NCBI GenBank assembly: GCA_002633005.1
Contig: NMRA01000172.1
Coordinates: forward strand, 709,950-773,949
Length of the DNA stretch: 64,000 nt
From: Phoronis australis
Lineage: Eukaryota > Animalia > Phoronida
Direction of reading: 5' to 3'
Shown here: positions 49,301-62,980 of the stretch, piece by piece
Numbering within the stretch: position 1 is the stretch's first letter
Layout: every line of letters begins with the position of its first letter
Program-made: the position numbers and the translations under genes
The notes under the pieces: model-generated
What the model saw: the letters and a program-made list of their open reading frames with translations, nothing else
Databases searched by the model: none
What the model was told of the DNA's origin: nothing

Positions 49301-50289
49301 GTTATGGAGTTAGGTTATCAGGTAGGGAGAATTTTGGTGCATGCACAGTAACCACCTCTGTGAGAAAATTTAACCTTGAAATTACAGTTCTATTGCTTTT
49401 GAACGCCAGTATCAATTTTACTACGTTTTAAACAAATGCGACTACAAAATCTTTAAAAATGGCATTTTATGGCAAGTATCCAAATACGATACTTGGCCTC
49501 AGCATTTAAACTCCGCACTGAATTTATTACGCCATTATGAAAGCTCAGATACAATTCTGTAACGCATTTATTCGGTCATTCCCACCAAAAATAGAAATAA
49601 GCGGTTACATTGTGCTGGGATAAATCCATACAACCTAATATTATTTGTTTTTCCAATCACTCAAATTCTCCCTGGGCCACATAATATTTTCAGTCTATTG
49701 CAAACAAAAGAACCATAGAGGTCCATCGACTTTTGGAAACTTTCAATGGGTAATTTTTTTTGGAAAAAATGATTTCTCAATTTTGTAATATTCAAATCGT
49801 TTTGTTTTTAGTGAATTGAAACAAGACAAGTATTTAGCAAATCTCCGGCGATATATTTGATACTTGCCTATAGTTATTCTGAAATTCAAAATTCGTGTCA
49901 CTGTGAATGTGCCGCAGATTGTGTCCTCAATACCATAAGTTAAAGACACATTAACTCTTTGATGTATCCAGTGAAATAAGGAGCATGAAAAAGATGGCGA
50001 GCGTTTACATGACCAATACAAATGAACAATTACCTGTGGTTCTTTCGCACTTGCGAAACGGTTACTCCAACTTTCAAAAGAAAGTGTTAGTGCTAAGGAC
50101 TCTATGTGTCAAACGAATTGCCGCGATCACTACGCCGAAGCTTCGATGAGTACCGAAACTTTGTTTTTAAATCCCATTACTCGGTAAGCTTCGGTTTTTG
50201 ACGAAAATTCCAAGAGGTTTTGCCCATGCCATTAACCTGAGACTGATCGTGTAGGATTCTCCATTTAGTAGCCTTTGCGACCTCGATAC

Positions 50290-51291
50290 TAGCCGCGAGA
50301 GTTTGCACTGAGGATTCCCGGTTGCCTGCTCGCGGACGACTGAGTTTTAATCGAGAATTGTAGTTATCAAACCATGCCTAATTTTATTGTTTCATTTTCA
50401 TTTTGTTATTGTTGTTCATCAAGCGAGATGGTTCCATACTCTAGACGCGAGGGTTTGCAATTACAGTTTTCGGATGCCTGCTCGACTGAGTTTTGATAGG
50501 GAGGTGTACTTATCAAATCAAAGCTAATTTCATTGCTTCATTTTCATTTTGTTATTATTGTTTATCAAGCGAGCCTCTTCAGGTACGGATCCATACACTA
50601 AAGTCAGTGATTTCTCAGTAAAATTAGACAACAAACCCGACAATTATACTTGTCATTCTTTATAAGGGCCGACCTGTGGCCCTGGTTTGGTGCCGGGAGT
50701 AGTTTGGCCTCTGGTATCTTTTCAGCTCCAGTCGTAGAACCACTTTCTACAACCAAGCATACTACAAGCCAGGAGACAAAACATTTTTGGTTGTTAAAGT
50801 CATGTTACATGTTACAATATCATACTGAAAGAAGTTACATGTGGCCTGAAGTTTAGACCCCAAAAAATGAGTGTTTACGTAATTTTTGAAAAAGCACTCA
50901 TAATATGTTAAGTGTGTGCGCGCGCGTGTGTGTATGTGCGTGCATACGTGCGTGCGTGCGTGCGTTGTATTATTACTGTTTTCAATTGTTTCTATAATGA
51001 TTACTTTGTTCAATGTTTATCTATTGCCTAGATGTCTTTTTTGTTAATACGATTTTTGAGAAGTAGGCATGTTGTTATCTATAGTATTTACGTGTACCCG
51101 TGAAATGAAATTTTAAAAAATGAAAAGTTTATTTCGTAAAGGAACCCAATCCAGTACTTCGTGTTAATGACAGCGCACAGTTTATTTGCCAATTTCCCCG
51201 ATCTTGGCGGACTGTCACACTTTTTTGATTTTTTCTGCCATCTGGCCACTCCACCTAAATGTCCCGCTGTTTGACACATGGCCAAATTGGC

Positions 51292-51295
<4 letters not shown>
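50290..51295 (-). repeat. Repeat family B copy with an internal ~150-bp tandem duplication (50290-50575)
   Basis: Reverse-complement similarity to 2750-3530; two adjacent copies of TGCCTGCTCG..ACTGAGTTTT...TTCATTTTCATTTTGTTATT..TCAAGCGAG. Confidence 0.75.
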
Positions 51296-51329
<34 letters not shown>

Positions 51330-51689
51330 TTGTGTGTATAGACCAACTCAAAGTGGAATTGTCAAAAAACAAATCCAACTCAAGAAATTCCAAAAGCATT
51401 TTAACCAACTTAGTACGAGCAGCCGCTAAACAACTTACATAAGCATGAGCGTTTGTGAAACGTCGTATTTCTGTATAAGAATCGAGAACATAATTTAATA
51501 TGGATATACTTGTACGAATGCTCGTACAGTAATAAAGAGTTTGGCCTTTATTTCCGAAGTAGTGGTATACTCTTCAATTCGGGAATAACATTTCTTCGGA
51601 GATAGGGCCATCTGCTAGTTTCATGATCTGTGCTTAACAAAATTAATGAAGTGCTGTTTGATCAATGCCATTCCATGAAGGAAACATAT

Positions 51690-52090
51690 TAGCCACTGTA
51701 AACTCTACAACAACTGCTGTCCTGTTTTACTATTCAATTCAATGGCAAACACTTTTAGTCCAAATAATGTATTTCCTAAGAAAATTTAAAATTGTATAAC
51801 CTTCTGTTCGAACGAAATACATGGGTTTTATTGTAGTGAGAATTTTCGGTACGCATACTGTAGAGCACCACACGTTCGGAATTCTTAAGAGAACTTGGTA
51901 CTACGGATGGCAAATTGGCCTAACTAACTATGCGGTTGCTGATTTTACAAAGTTACCCATTTTTATTCTGGTGCATTCCACGTGTGTAACCAGGGATTTT
52001 ATTTACATTTTAGGTACTATCTCTTTATCTGAAATTGAAGTCATGCCCAAGGACATCGCCTACTTGCCAAAAAGTTGACACTACAATGCT
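51690..52090 (+). pseudogene. Possible decayed SMB-containing GPCR fragment
   Basis: SHCKLYNNCCP matches the CxxYxDCC part of SMB; downstream similarity is weak. Confidence 0.3.
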
Positions 52091-53919
52091 GTTTACTGTA
52101 CAGTTTTCTTTTGGACCTCTTTTATACTTGGTTATGGGAACAAAATTAACTTCCCTGCACTTTGTGCAACCTTAAGTATTTTTTCATAATTCAAGATGGC
52201 GTGATCTGCCATCTTGAATTTCCCCCAGTTTCCACACTGTGAAGATGGTGGTTAGTAGGATCCTGCAATGAATCATTTCAAATGTTTTCTAGAATCATTT
52301 TATAGATGCACGGTCAAACTAAAGATCAACTGACAAGTCAAAGGTCTAATTGGACTGAAATACGATAAATCCACCTCTTTTAGTGGACGAAATGTTAAAT
52401 GACTGTATGGAAAATGCGGAATCAGCATCTTTTGATTTTTTCTGAGATCAAATAATGTTAAGGATAAGGGATCAATGAATATTGGAGTGAGTTATCCTCC
52501 CAAAATCTCAATAAGCTAATTTCCACTATTTCCACTATTACGTTTCTTTGCTGATTAAGGATATGTGTAATACGTGTAGGTTACTTATGGGCTATATGTC
52601 TGCAGTCTGCAAATGGTACATATAGTACTAAAATCACATTCTTGTTCTGTGTTATTATTCAATTATAATTATTTCAATTCCGTTAAGTGTAAATGAAGTG
52701 TCAAGTGCTGGCCTTGATCTTGACAAAGTCTTAATAAATCAATTCGCAATGTTGATCGGCCCTCATAAATATTCATATAAAAAGTGTATGCGTTCATGTC
52801 TTGTTATGCTGGTGGGTTATTGCAATTAACTTCACTTGATATTCAAATTCAAATTGCTTCTTTGAATCAATTTAATGGTATTTAATGTATAGTATTTAAG
52901 CTATGGTTGAATACACGAGATATATTGCGTAACACGGGCATTTGTCATTTTGAACGAGGTCTGGATAGAATCCTATCTTTGTGCAAGTAACGTTATTCCA
53001 CCCTCACTGTACAGTAACCTGCCTCGACTGATGTTTGACCATATTCGCTGTATCGTGTTAACTCCCACTGTGTGTAATATGATCTTGTTGAGAAGGCTGG
53101 AGTTTGAGTTTTGTTTGCACCTTTGATGATCTATGACGACCCAAGTACAGCGGTTTGATCATGAGTATATGTGCATTTTAGTACGCTTATTTGTTTCAGT
53201 GTGATCATGTTGTCCTTGGGACATTGTCTACATACACTATACCTTCTGACACAACGCCACCTGCCTTGTAGAAACATCATGATGGAACGACACTCAAAAT
53301 CAATGTGCATGCCGTGCTCGGAAGTATACCGATCACATCGCTAGCTCTTGCACACGCCTTTGTGCACTGTACATTTACTTGTTTGGGCTTAAACCACTGG
53401 ATCAGGGTTCCCTTGATTTTGTTTACTTCGATCACTGCCTGTTTTAATAAATTGCATCTATTCAAGTCAGAGTTGGTCGCCATACTATGTAACAATAAAC
53501 TGAAAGGGGTTTCCTAGATTTCAACCAATGGGAATGAAAGAATTCTAGGACGTCGGTTTCATTATTTAACCAACGAGAAGCCATGTTAAACAGCAATAGA
53601 CAGTGCTACCTTTCGTAGCATGTGAAAGAGTGTACATGCACTATCGCTAGGTGACAAAACTATGAGAAATTCCTAAATGCTGGCTTTGAAGCTGGATGAA
53701 GCCAATACATCTCGTTTATTCAACGAAATATGCATACACACGTAAGACGATTAAGGGAATTGAACGCTTCTAAAATGGAGATTGCCATAAATATGAAACT
53801 TTGATGTACAAATATTAACAACATGTGCATACCTAGTCGTCATCGCTCGTGCTTGACTTTCACCATATTCAACGTCTATCAGTTTGCTTATGTACATTAT
53901 GAAGCAGAGCCCCCCCCCC

Positions 53920-54693
53920 CCCACCTCTCACTTGTAGTAGTCTGTGCAGGACAGGCCAGCACTGTTGCAACTGCAGCTTAAGTCTATGCATGCCCGTCTT
54001 TCTGCACTGCAGATGCAACCAACCACGTCAAGTAGAGGTTGCGGTGTGCAACGGGTAGTGATGAAGTGACCAGTGTTACTACGGAGTTGACGACTTCCCA
54101 TCCAAGGTTGGCAATATGTTTATTTTTTACGGTGTGTGTTAGTGGTCAGGTGCCTTCCACAACAACATCTGAAGGTATGCTCAGAACGAGAATAAGAGCA
54201 ATGTTGGCATCCGTTGGTGGCATTTCGTGGAGACATCATTCGACCATGGTAGAAGTCCACATAGGTATCGTTCATTGTTTGACAACTCGTCTGTCGATTC
54301 AGAAGCAAGAAGAATGCACATGATGTTTACCAAATATCAGCGAGAGTCATGCCAGATTCTTCCCATGTCTGGCCGCACTCTGGTTTGTTCGCTTCTACGA
54401 GTATGGGGCCCGTCAGATTTTCATTTCCAACTGATAATGCATTGTGCCATAACCTGATATTGTACAACTTTTGAGAAATAGGCTAGACTTGATGGAGTCT
54501 CCAGACTGTTTCGCTTATGTTCGAAATACTACAGCTCCGCTTCTCTATTTGTATCTTGGCGTCAACCGACATCCGGGATATCCCGCAAATCAAGAGCACG
54601 GAGACAGTGTTGTCAATGAGGATTCTGATGGTGTGGGCGTCTTCTATCACTTTTGAAATGAAGCTACAAAGTCTGACGTCTGCTTCAACATAG
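53920..54693 (-). mobile_element. Academ transposase remnant, C-terminal part
   Basis: VEADV..IRILIDNTVSVLLI..QIEK, AYLQMLLWKAPD, and CXC domain PLLDVVGCICSAERRACIDLSCSCNSAGLSCTDY. Confidence 0.8.
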
Positions 54694-57600
54694 TTTTTTT
54701 ATTATTTTATGGCAACACAAGTATAAGACAATGCAATAATGGTACAGAGAATTAGCCCAGAAAATGAGTCATTGTATCTAGGCTTATATTATTTTATACA
54801 TAGCGATAAATTGTTCAAGTAAAAATATAACAATGAGCAATAACACAAGGAAAATAACGAAAACAAAATAAAATCATACAGGATAAAAGGACTGCCATCT
54901 TAATAAAGAAAACAAGAAAAATCTCAAAATTGTTGTAAAATAATCAATGTGCTTACTACATTTAAAAATGAAATTGCTAATATTTTGGAGTACCAAACAT
55001 CAGGGTTTTAAGCTAAATTGTGGCAACCATATATTAAAAAGTATTTTTTTATTCATATCGCTATGAGGCTATAAAAACCAGACCATATGTAGTCATTGGA
55101 TTGGAGGCTGCGAAAGAGCTGTTCACGCTATTCATAAAAAGTTGGATGCGTGAGCAAGAAGTGAACATCACTAGTAGTTACGCCACGGATACACTTATTT
55201 GTACAATTGGTAAAATAACGACACAACTTTTGTGAGGTGACTGGCATAACCCCGCTCTCAAGTGGTTCACAAGAACTTCTTTTTCACGCAGTAGACATAA
55301 TTTAGTGGCAGGGAGAGAAGTTAGTCACTCTTACGTGACCATTTTACCGAGGGCATTTATTGTACTACTTAAACTTCCAGTTGTAAAGTATTTCACAAAA
55401 GCAAACCGGTATTAATTGGATTTTTTCTAAACGATTGAGGGTAATAGTGGATAATTATTATTATTCAATAGTAGCTCTCATCTGTTTATAAATAGAAGAT
55501 GTGTTACGTTTGTATTAGTGAGCAAAAGCTAAATGTGACAAATCATTGATTCCATTGATAACTTTTGATTAATTAAGCATTATTTCTTAACAAACGGATA
55601 TAATTCCAGTTAAAAATTCCTAAGACTCTAATTGTACTAGAACCTCTGGCAGTTCGTGATGGAGTTCATTAGGTGTCTGTAGTCTAAAAAAATCTAGCCA
55701 AAATCACGTATTCTTATTTTAAATACACCACAATACCCCCAGGTAATCTCATAAAGTCTTAGAGATCTCCTAGTGTTGGTCCTATCGTTACTGAACTCTA
55801 CCTCGCTTGCTACTGAAATCTTTCAAGTTCTCATAGTGAAGTCAAAATTGCGTTATCAGAGATAACATCTGCCTATTTGAAATGAGGAAGAATTAAAGAA
55901 TTATCAATCAACTCTAAATGGCAACTGGAAATATATTTAGAAACTTTTTAAATGGGTTGAGAAGCTTTTGATTTTTTTTAATATACCCACACGATGAGGA
56001 TTCCTGGTGAGTTGAAGATCAAATAGAACACCCAGACGCTTAACTGACACACAATAGCATTACACATGAAAAATATTTAGAGTCTGTTGATATCGTGTGG
56101 AACTTTTTATGAAAACGTTATGTCACAACTTTTGGATGCTTCGAACTCCATGCCCCATTTGTTGCCCAATCAACCAAAAAATCAATGTCTTTGTAGGAGA
56201 TTAAAATTATCGGGTTTGTCCTCTGGATAAGGAAAAAATACTGTATCTTCAGCATATTTTAGAGTACAGTCTGTCGGGTCTGTAGTTGATAAATAGTGGA
56301 CAAGGAAGCGGCAACAGTACACTGCATTGTGGTACACCAGCATTTACATACATGTACCTAATTGAGGATTCATCAGAAACAACACTATCCACTCACACTC
56401 CATTTAAAAGATATGACTGAAGCAAACCGTTCCACCAATTTCGTACTTACGAAGCTTTATTAACAGAGGCAAAAACCAGAAAAAAGCCTGAACATTTATA
56501 AGTCGATTCGGTGAATAATTTCAGTTAACTGTGATGTGGCGCTTTTAACACCCAAAAAACTGAGCAGCATGCAGCAAGTTTTAAGTTATTAAGTGATCAT
56601 ATCGTACACGGGAAAATCTAATTTTCATTAGGTTTTGACAGCGAATAGGTTAAAGTAATGGGGTGATAACTAGACATTGCAATCTTCAAGTCATTTTTGT
56701 GTAAAATTGTCATTAACCCAGGTTTTTATCTCGGTGAAAACAATTAAATATCACATTAAATTATGTAGCTGCTGGAACAGAAAATGAAATTAGCAGCAGT
56801 TAAACATTGAACCCGTTTTGTCTGATGAGTCATTCTTTCGCCAATTTGCTGTAACGTGGCCTCTAATATTCGTACTCGAAAGACATTAAAGTTTACTGCA
56901 AGATGACTTTTATTCATGAAATATTTTAGAAATAAATTGTCTTTAATTACTAGTATTATTCAATGTAAGGCAAGGAAATGTATTGTGAGTGGACTGGACA
57001 GAAATTTTCTTATTTATTTTTCAGTATTCTTCGAGATTTTTTGGTTTATTGCAAGGAGAATAAAGTTAAGGTTTCTTTGCGATGATCATCTTTGGCATAT
57101 GACATACTATTTTCGACTTACACAGACTGCTCTTTATGTTTTTTACATAAGACTGGGTTATTTTAGAATTCAAACACTCTATACAACAGGCATTCACGTT
57201 ATATTTTCATACTAAACCAATATTTATGTTTTGTTTAATCTCTTTTACTTGCATAAAGGAGGCAGTTTTTAAATATACCAAATAAAGATGAAGTAAACAA
57301 TCCTCAATGTACTCAATGTCATCGAAATAAAAAATTACAACCTAATTCACTTCATCTAATTGAGAAGTACTTTTTCAAAGTCACTACGATCGTATTTGTA
57401 CATGGTTTTGTAAATGTTGGCTTTATCTGTACCCAAGATGGTACCACTCAAACTAATATATATGGCATGGTGGTCCGAGTTTCCAACAGGTTACACAACT
57501 TCAGTGTACAGAGCAGAACTCATTGGCAATACAAAGGTCAATGCATGAATAGCAGTCACACTTATAGGTTGGTCAACTAATTGAATATTACATGTAAATT

Positions 57601-59515
57601 GATTGGATAATAAAAGATCAAAAGCCGGATACCTGCTTGATTGTCAATTTCCCCACTGAGCCCAGATCAGTTACGGGCATTAAATTCAATATTTATCAAA
57701 TTGAGGACATTGAAAGTTTATAAAATTTAAGAAATTGCACGATTCGTGAAATGTTACCTTTCATCAAATGTCTGAGATGGAGACCGATAAAAATTCCATA
57801 CAAAATGTTATTTGATTGATTTTAAAATGGAACTTGCGTGCTAATTACTTATCTCTGTGATTGCTTGGTCAAACTAGTTAGAAACACAACATATAGCGAA
57901 AATGTGAATACGAAGAAGGTTGAAAATTGCCAAATGTTTTTAAGAACGAGTTTTGTGTCGAAAAATGATCCGCCGTAAACTACTTAACCGTGTCCAGTAA
58001 GTATCGTGACGTGGTATTGGGGAACAACACTCTATGATGCGGCCTATGTGAGCCCCCAAGGTACGTCATTATTGCAAATTTCACTTGTTTGCAGAATTTT
58101 TTCCACTTACAAGTTGTCAATAAATAAAACTGCACATTGTTTAACGTACGGTAGCTGATGTTCAAACAGCACTCCTATCTAGTTTCTGTTACAATTTAGC
58201 ACAGTTAGGAGCATGGAAATACATGTTTAAGGTTAATCCAGCAATTACGTAGTCATCAGTTCCGTCATTCATTTTTTCAAAGCCGCGATGACCTCCGGCC
58301 CTCATTAGTGTTACACGCAATAGAGCATTGAAAAATCATGCAGTCTGGTATAATTTGTTCAGGCAGCAAGTAACCGGCTTCACAAAAAGCAAAAATTGAA
58401 GTTATTGGTTAGAACATTTTTTATTACCTAACCATGCAAAGTTATTGGATTTTACGCTTTTTGGTAGAGAGTAAAATACTGAACACGCCATTGGAACCCA
58501 GGGGACCAGGGTTGGATTCAACATCACGACAGCGAAGGATAACAAATCTTGACGAATTTAAGTACATGTAAACATAAAAATATGTTGAGCTAGTACCAAA
58601 TGAGGAAGGGATATTGGCATTAAGAAAAACGAACTAATAGGAATGACAAAACAGACTCTTTGCATAGAACTAAATGCATAATAACACACAGCAGAGCATA
58701 GGTAGGTGCTAAAATAAAAAAGCATGTAATAAATAACAGACGGGTTTCCAACCAGAAAATCGAAACCATGGCAATGTAAATAAACAATGAAAACTAGCAG
58801 GAAAAATCTACTTAATTTGATCACTATTAAAAAATCACATCAATTTCAAGTTCATCTAGTGGTGGTCACATGACCTACCCTATATAATAAACTTGAAAAC
58901 GAAACTCCTTGAACTGTAAATCACGTCCACAAGTTAAGGAGCCTTGATGTACCCAGCAACCATTAACCCACACCCGCAGGAAAGACCATCCATTATAACA
59001 TTGTGTGGTCTTTCATCGAGACTGAATAGAATTATTAATGCAAATATGAAGAAAGAACAATTCAAGACAAATGTAAATATTTGTAATGAATATACATGTA
59101 TCTGAACGTCGTGCCTCCTTTAGTGAAAGTGGCAAAAACTGATTGAGATAATAAGTTTGGTGCTCACCTGGAAAACTGCATACATGGCCCAAAACATTTT
59201 GGTGAAGAGGGTTACGTTCCTAAAATTCCTTAACAAAAGGACTATTCGCAGATTTCAAAGGGATTTTGGAAGAGCGCACAATTAAAATATAGCAGTTTTT
59301 AAAAAGATAGACATGTAATTGAATGGACGCCATACTTTATATTTTGTTGTTCCAGTCCAATGAAATATGGACTAAAATCACCATGAAAATAAAAATAATG
59401 GTGAATTAGACCACAGTCTACCAGGGCTATATCCGACATAGCACTTGGGTACAGCTAATCACTAAGCGAGGGCAATAACAAAATTAACCTCACAAAATGA
59501 GGTTTTAAGTGTACA
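54694..59515 (-). mobile_element. Decayed, possibly near-full-length CR1/L2-group LINE inserted in the Academ element
   Basis: A-rich tail abuts the Academ breakpoint at 54694; HFLL.HPTFYE.REQLF (~55150), LGVLFD.QLT (~56020), KWGMEFEASK (~56150), and weak APE-like GGSHRP (~58045). 5' limit uncertain. Confidence 0.65.
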
Positions 59516-60572
59516 GGTCTACATGATTAACTACGTAAAGTAGTGGCTCTTCTTGACCACACCGATGTTGTGTGGAAGAGGGTAGCTGCGCATGTGCAAG
59601 GTTATTGTATAGAGCTTTGTTTATGGAAATGTTTGGTATTTTCTACGTAAAGAAATGGACCGGTGTGTTTGGTTAGCAAAGATTCCTTAGCTTTTTCTCG
59701 TCTTGTTCTCTCATGATCCTTTTGGAGGGAACCTTGTGGTCATATCTTCCACACACACTGATTTTCGTAGAAGTGGGAAGATAGAGGAACAGTAACGTGC
59801 CAAAGCATGGCGGTAAATCACGGTTGTTCCAGAGTCAAGGTAGATGACTTGGTACAGACGTTGACCACAATTAAATTACGAACGTCCGTAGCAGAATGAT
59901 TCGTGGCTGAAACACTAAAAGATTTGACCAAAAGGGCTTGGCCACCATTTTTCAGGCTGCTGCATATTGGTCGATCAGGGATGTAAGGATTGAACGCAAT
60001 CAGCCCATACTGAAAGATGTCGGCTATGTCAAAATTACGTTGTTGTCTTACGACAAATAGGCAACTGAATAGCGTCTCAACACCAAAGATGACCGGCGCT
60101 TGACATGGACTAATTGCTTAGTAACATTCACTGCTTAGAGAAACCAAAGTTCTAACTGTTCTGCTCACTACTAATGACTAGTTGGTTCAGAACTATCAGG
60201 ATGACTACAACTACGTGGCCATTAAAGAAGTTGTAGAGACAAGACTGCTGGTCAGTGAGGGGAGACCTGTGTTTCTCTAGGTCCTCCACAAGTTCTCTAA
60301 TCATTCTCGCCCAGTTTCATTATTTCTTCTCTTCATCACCTTCATTCTGCATGTGCTCCATGGCAGTATTAAGGTGGGCACACAATGAAAGGGATAACCC
60401 ACACAACCACTTGCTAAGCTTTTATCAAAGCTTCCCTCATACCCCCAGGACATTTTACCCTTTTAAAAACTGCTTGCTCTTCGAATTGATCAGCTTTTAC
60501 TTCGGTCCTGCCATTCGAGTGCCGACAGTCGTGCACTACTATGAATAAATCTTTCTTGGCAGTCTCTTGAAG
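59516..60572 (-). mobile_element. Academ transposase remnant, central part
   Basis: CRHSNG..ADQFEEQA..K..GG; LYNFFNGHV; VRQQRNFDIADIFQY; KDHERTRR; the protein continues at 54693. Confidence 0.78.
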
Positions 60573-60743
60573 GTGCTACCTGCACAATAAAACGAATTAG
60601 AGAAACTTCGACAGAACTTGGGATAATTATTTTGGCAGAATTTATGCAGCCCTATATTGGACATTGTAACTGAATTTAATAGCGTTTTTGTGGAACTTAA
60701 GATGGCGTTATTCTGCTTAGCAGCTAATTGTTTATTTAAGAAA

Positions 60744-61333
60744 CAGTGGCGGATCTAGGATATCACAAGGGGGGGCCAACATTTTGTCCGGCTGGAAGAA
60801 TTTGCGCAAACTGAACCACGATTGTAGATTCGCATAGCACCGAATGGCAAACCCCCCTCCAGCCCAGGACATTTTTCTGTTTTTACCTCTAAAAATCAAG
60901 CATTTTCCTTGATTCCTGAAGTATTATCCAAGAAAAAAAGACAAACAAAAACACGGAGAACGTGTCAAACAGGAAAAAATGCAAGTATCGAAGACTCGAA
61001 CTCACGACCTGTCGGATAGACCGCGCGTACGTTACCACTACCCCACCTCCATTTGACTACTACTGTTATGCTAAAAGACCTACTTGTTTATGGGCCACAG
61101 CGTTTGCGCGCGAAACCTACTTCTTTTTGTAATGCTTGTTACACGTGTTATACTTTGTGCCATCAATTATTAACAAATTTGTCGTATTTGAAATAGTCTT
61201 CCAATGCCCAAAAGACCAAATCCATTTTTCGTGTTGGCAATAATGACGGGATTGCTTTGGAAATCGTCTTAAGATAAGGTTTGACAAAGAGAGTATTGCG
61301 AGTTTCTGAGTGATTCTCTAAGGCTTCGATTAA
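60744..61333 (+). mobile_element. Family M hAT-like element, 3'-truncated copy
   Basis: Starts CAGTGGCGGATCTAGG; colinear with 22987-23565. Confidence 0.8.
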
Positions 61334-61864
61334 AAAGTATGTATCATGAGGTTGTGTCTGACAGTATGAACTTCTATGTCAAGGGAACTAGTATGAACAC
61401 TGTATGTATCATTATCAGTAGTAGTTCTGTCATAACGACAATGGTCTAACTTTCCATTATTCTTCCTGAATGTTGAAAATATTAGCACCAAGATTAAATT
61501 ATTGAAAGTAATAGCATAAAAAATTACTAAAATGGCTTTCGATGTCATTGCGGAGCCTTTTTATATGGATCACTTAATATTTATAGAGCATGCATGAACA
61601 CATGACCTCATACTATATACACATGTATACTGTATCAGCAGAGTTAATGTTACATCTAGATTCATTTTGTTGTAATATGTATCCAAAGACAGTTGCATTT
61701 TCGCATTGTGCTTTCTGAGTGCTTTCTTCCAAGTGTGTGTGCAAGCAGAATATTGAATATGGTGACAGTGGCTCAGAGGACACTACCGATGCATCAACAG
61801 ATGGCGCTGTTGGTGAAATAGTGAATTAACAGATATGGAGTCAGTTTCATGAAGATCAGTTTAA

Positions 61865-62091
61865 GACGTGAGACAGAAATTTGGTCTTGCGTTTCCACTT
61901 GACAACTATTGAATAAAGTTTTAGCCATGAAATTATGAGCACGTCACAGTCTAAAAATATTTTATAGAAATTATCTCAATAACTAACAGGATGCATATAT
62001 TCTCAGAGACTTCAAACTTTTACTCTAGTGAGATTTAATTATTTTTCCGAAATAGTTGTGTGGAGCGTAAGACCAAATTTCTGGCTTAGTC
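61865..62091. mobile_element. MITE (~225 bp)
   Basis: Imperfect ~40-bp TIR CAGAAATTTGGTCTT.CG.TCCAC..ACAACTATT. Confidence 0.7.
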
Positions 62092-62136
62092 ATGGAACAG
62101 ACCTCTGATGCCTGTTGTTTGTATTATGCCTTGCAG

Positions 62137-62286
62137 ATGAAAGTCAAGTTAAATCGTGGCAAGGACTTTAGTGGTAACACTGTTGAGATCCAGGCCACAA
62201 GCGACCCTGGAGCATTTGTCTGCTTGTCGGCCATGGAGTACTATGTCTACTCTCTTGGCGCAAACAATGGGCTGACGCAAGAGATG
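62137..62286 (+). CDS. Internal exon of macroglobulin complement-related (Mcr/TEP6/CD109-like) protein
   Basis: TTGCAG acceptor and GTGAGT donor, 150 nt phase 0; KLNRGKDFSGNTVEIQATSDPGAFVCLSAM..YSLGANNGLT resembles, from memory, the Mcr A2M-family segment (VEV..GEPGSYVGLSG..AGNELT). Confidence 0.85.
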
Positions 62287-62415
62287 GTGAGTACAAACGT
62301 CTTCCAATAATGAATACTAGTGAATGACATGTGAATAGTCCAATAAAAGACGTGCAGTAATAACAGGTGTGTACCAATACCAAATGCATGTCAATAACAG
62401 ATGCACTCCACAAGC

Positions 62416-62477
62416 AGATGCATATCAATATCACAGATGCATATCAATATCACAGATGCATATCAATATCACAGATG
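62416..62477. repeat. 19-bp tandem repeat x3
   Basis: Unit AGATGCATATCAATATCAC. Confidence 0.9.
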
Positions 62478-62980
62478 TTCAGTTTGCATTGTGCATGCCA
62501 AGGCGGAGTTGCACAAGGGTTTGGAGTTGTTAGTTACTAAAAGTATATAATTCGAAAATATAAGCCACGGTCATGAAATGAGTTAAACCTTGAAAATATC
62601 TTTTATTTTGTCCATTGCCTTTCTTCGCTTAACTTTTCGTTTTCTTTTGGAAATAGCTCTCGCAATGTAAGACAACGGTCATTTATTGCATGTAACCGTT
62701 GAAGTAAAATGCTGTTGCCCAACCTGATGGTAGTCAAATGCACTGACTAAAATGCTGAACTGTCATTTGTTTTCCATTTGATGACCATTTTGAAATGCTG
62801 CTACTTGAAATCTTATCTCATTTGGAATTTCTTTGCTTTAACTTTTGAGGACCTTACTGCACGTACACTATTAAGAATTACGTATTGATGGAAGAGTCTG
62901 TTGAGCTTGACAAGATGTGGCTGTAAAACACACGATTCACCTTGATTTGTAACTTGTGCCATTTATTGTCACCTGTACAG

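Noticed and set aside
51821-52078. VEHHTFGILKRTW resembling a DDE transposase VE..FG.LK motif
   Set aside because: Single short motif with no other catalytic residues or TIRs nearby.
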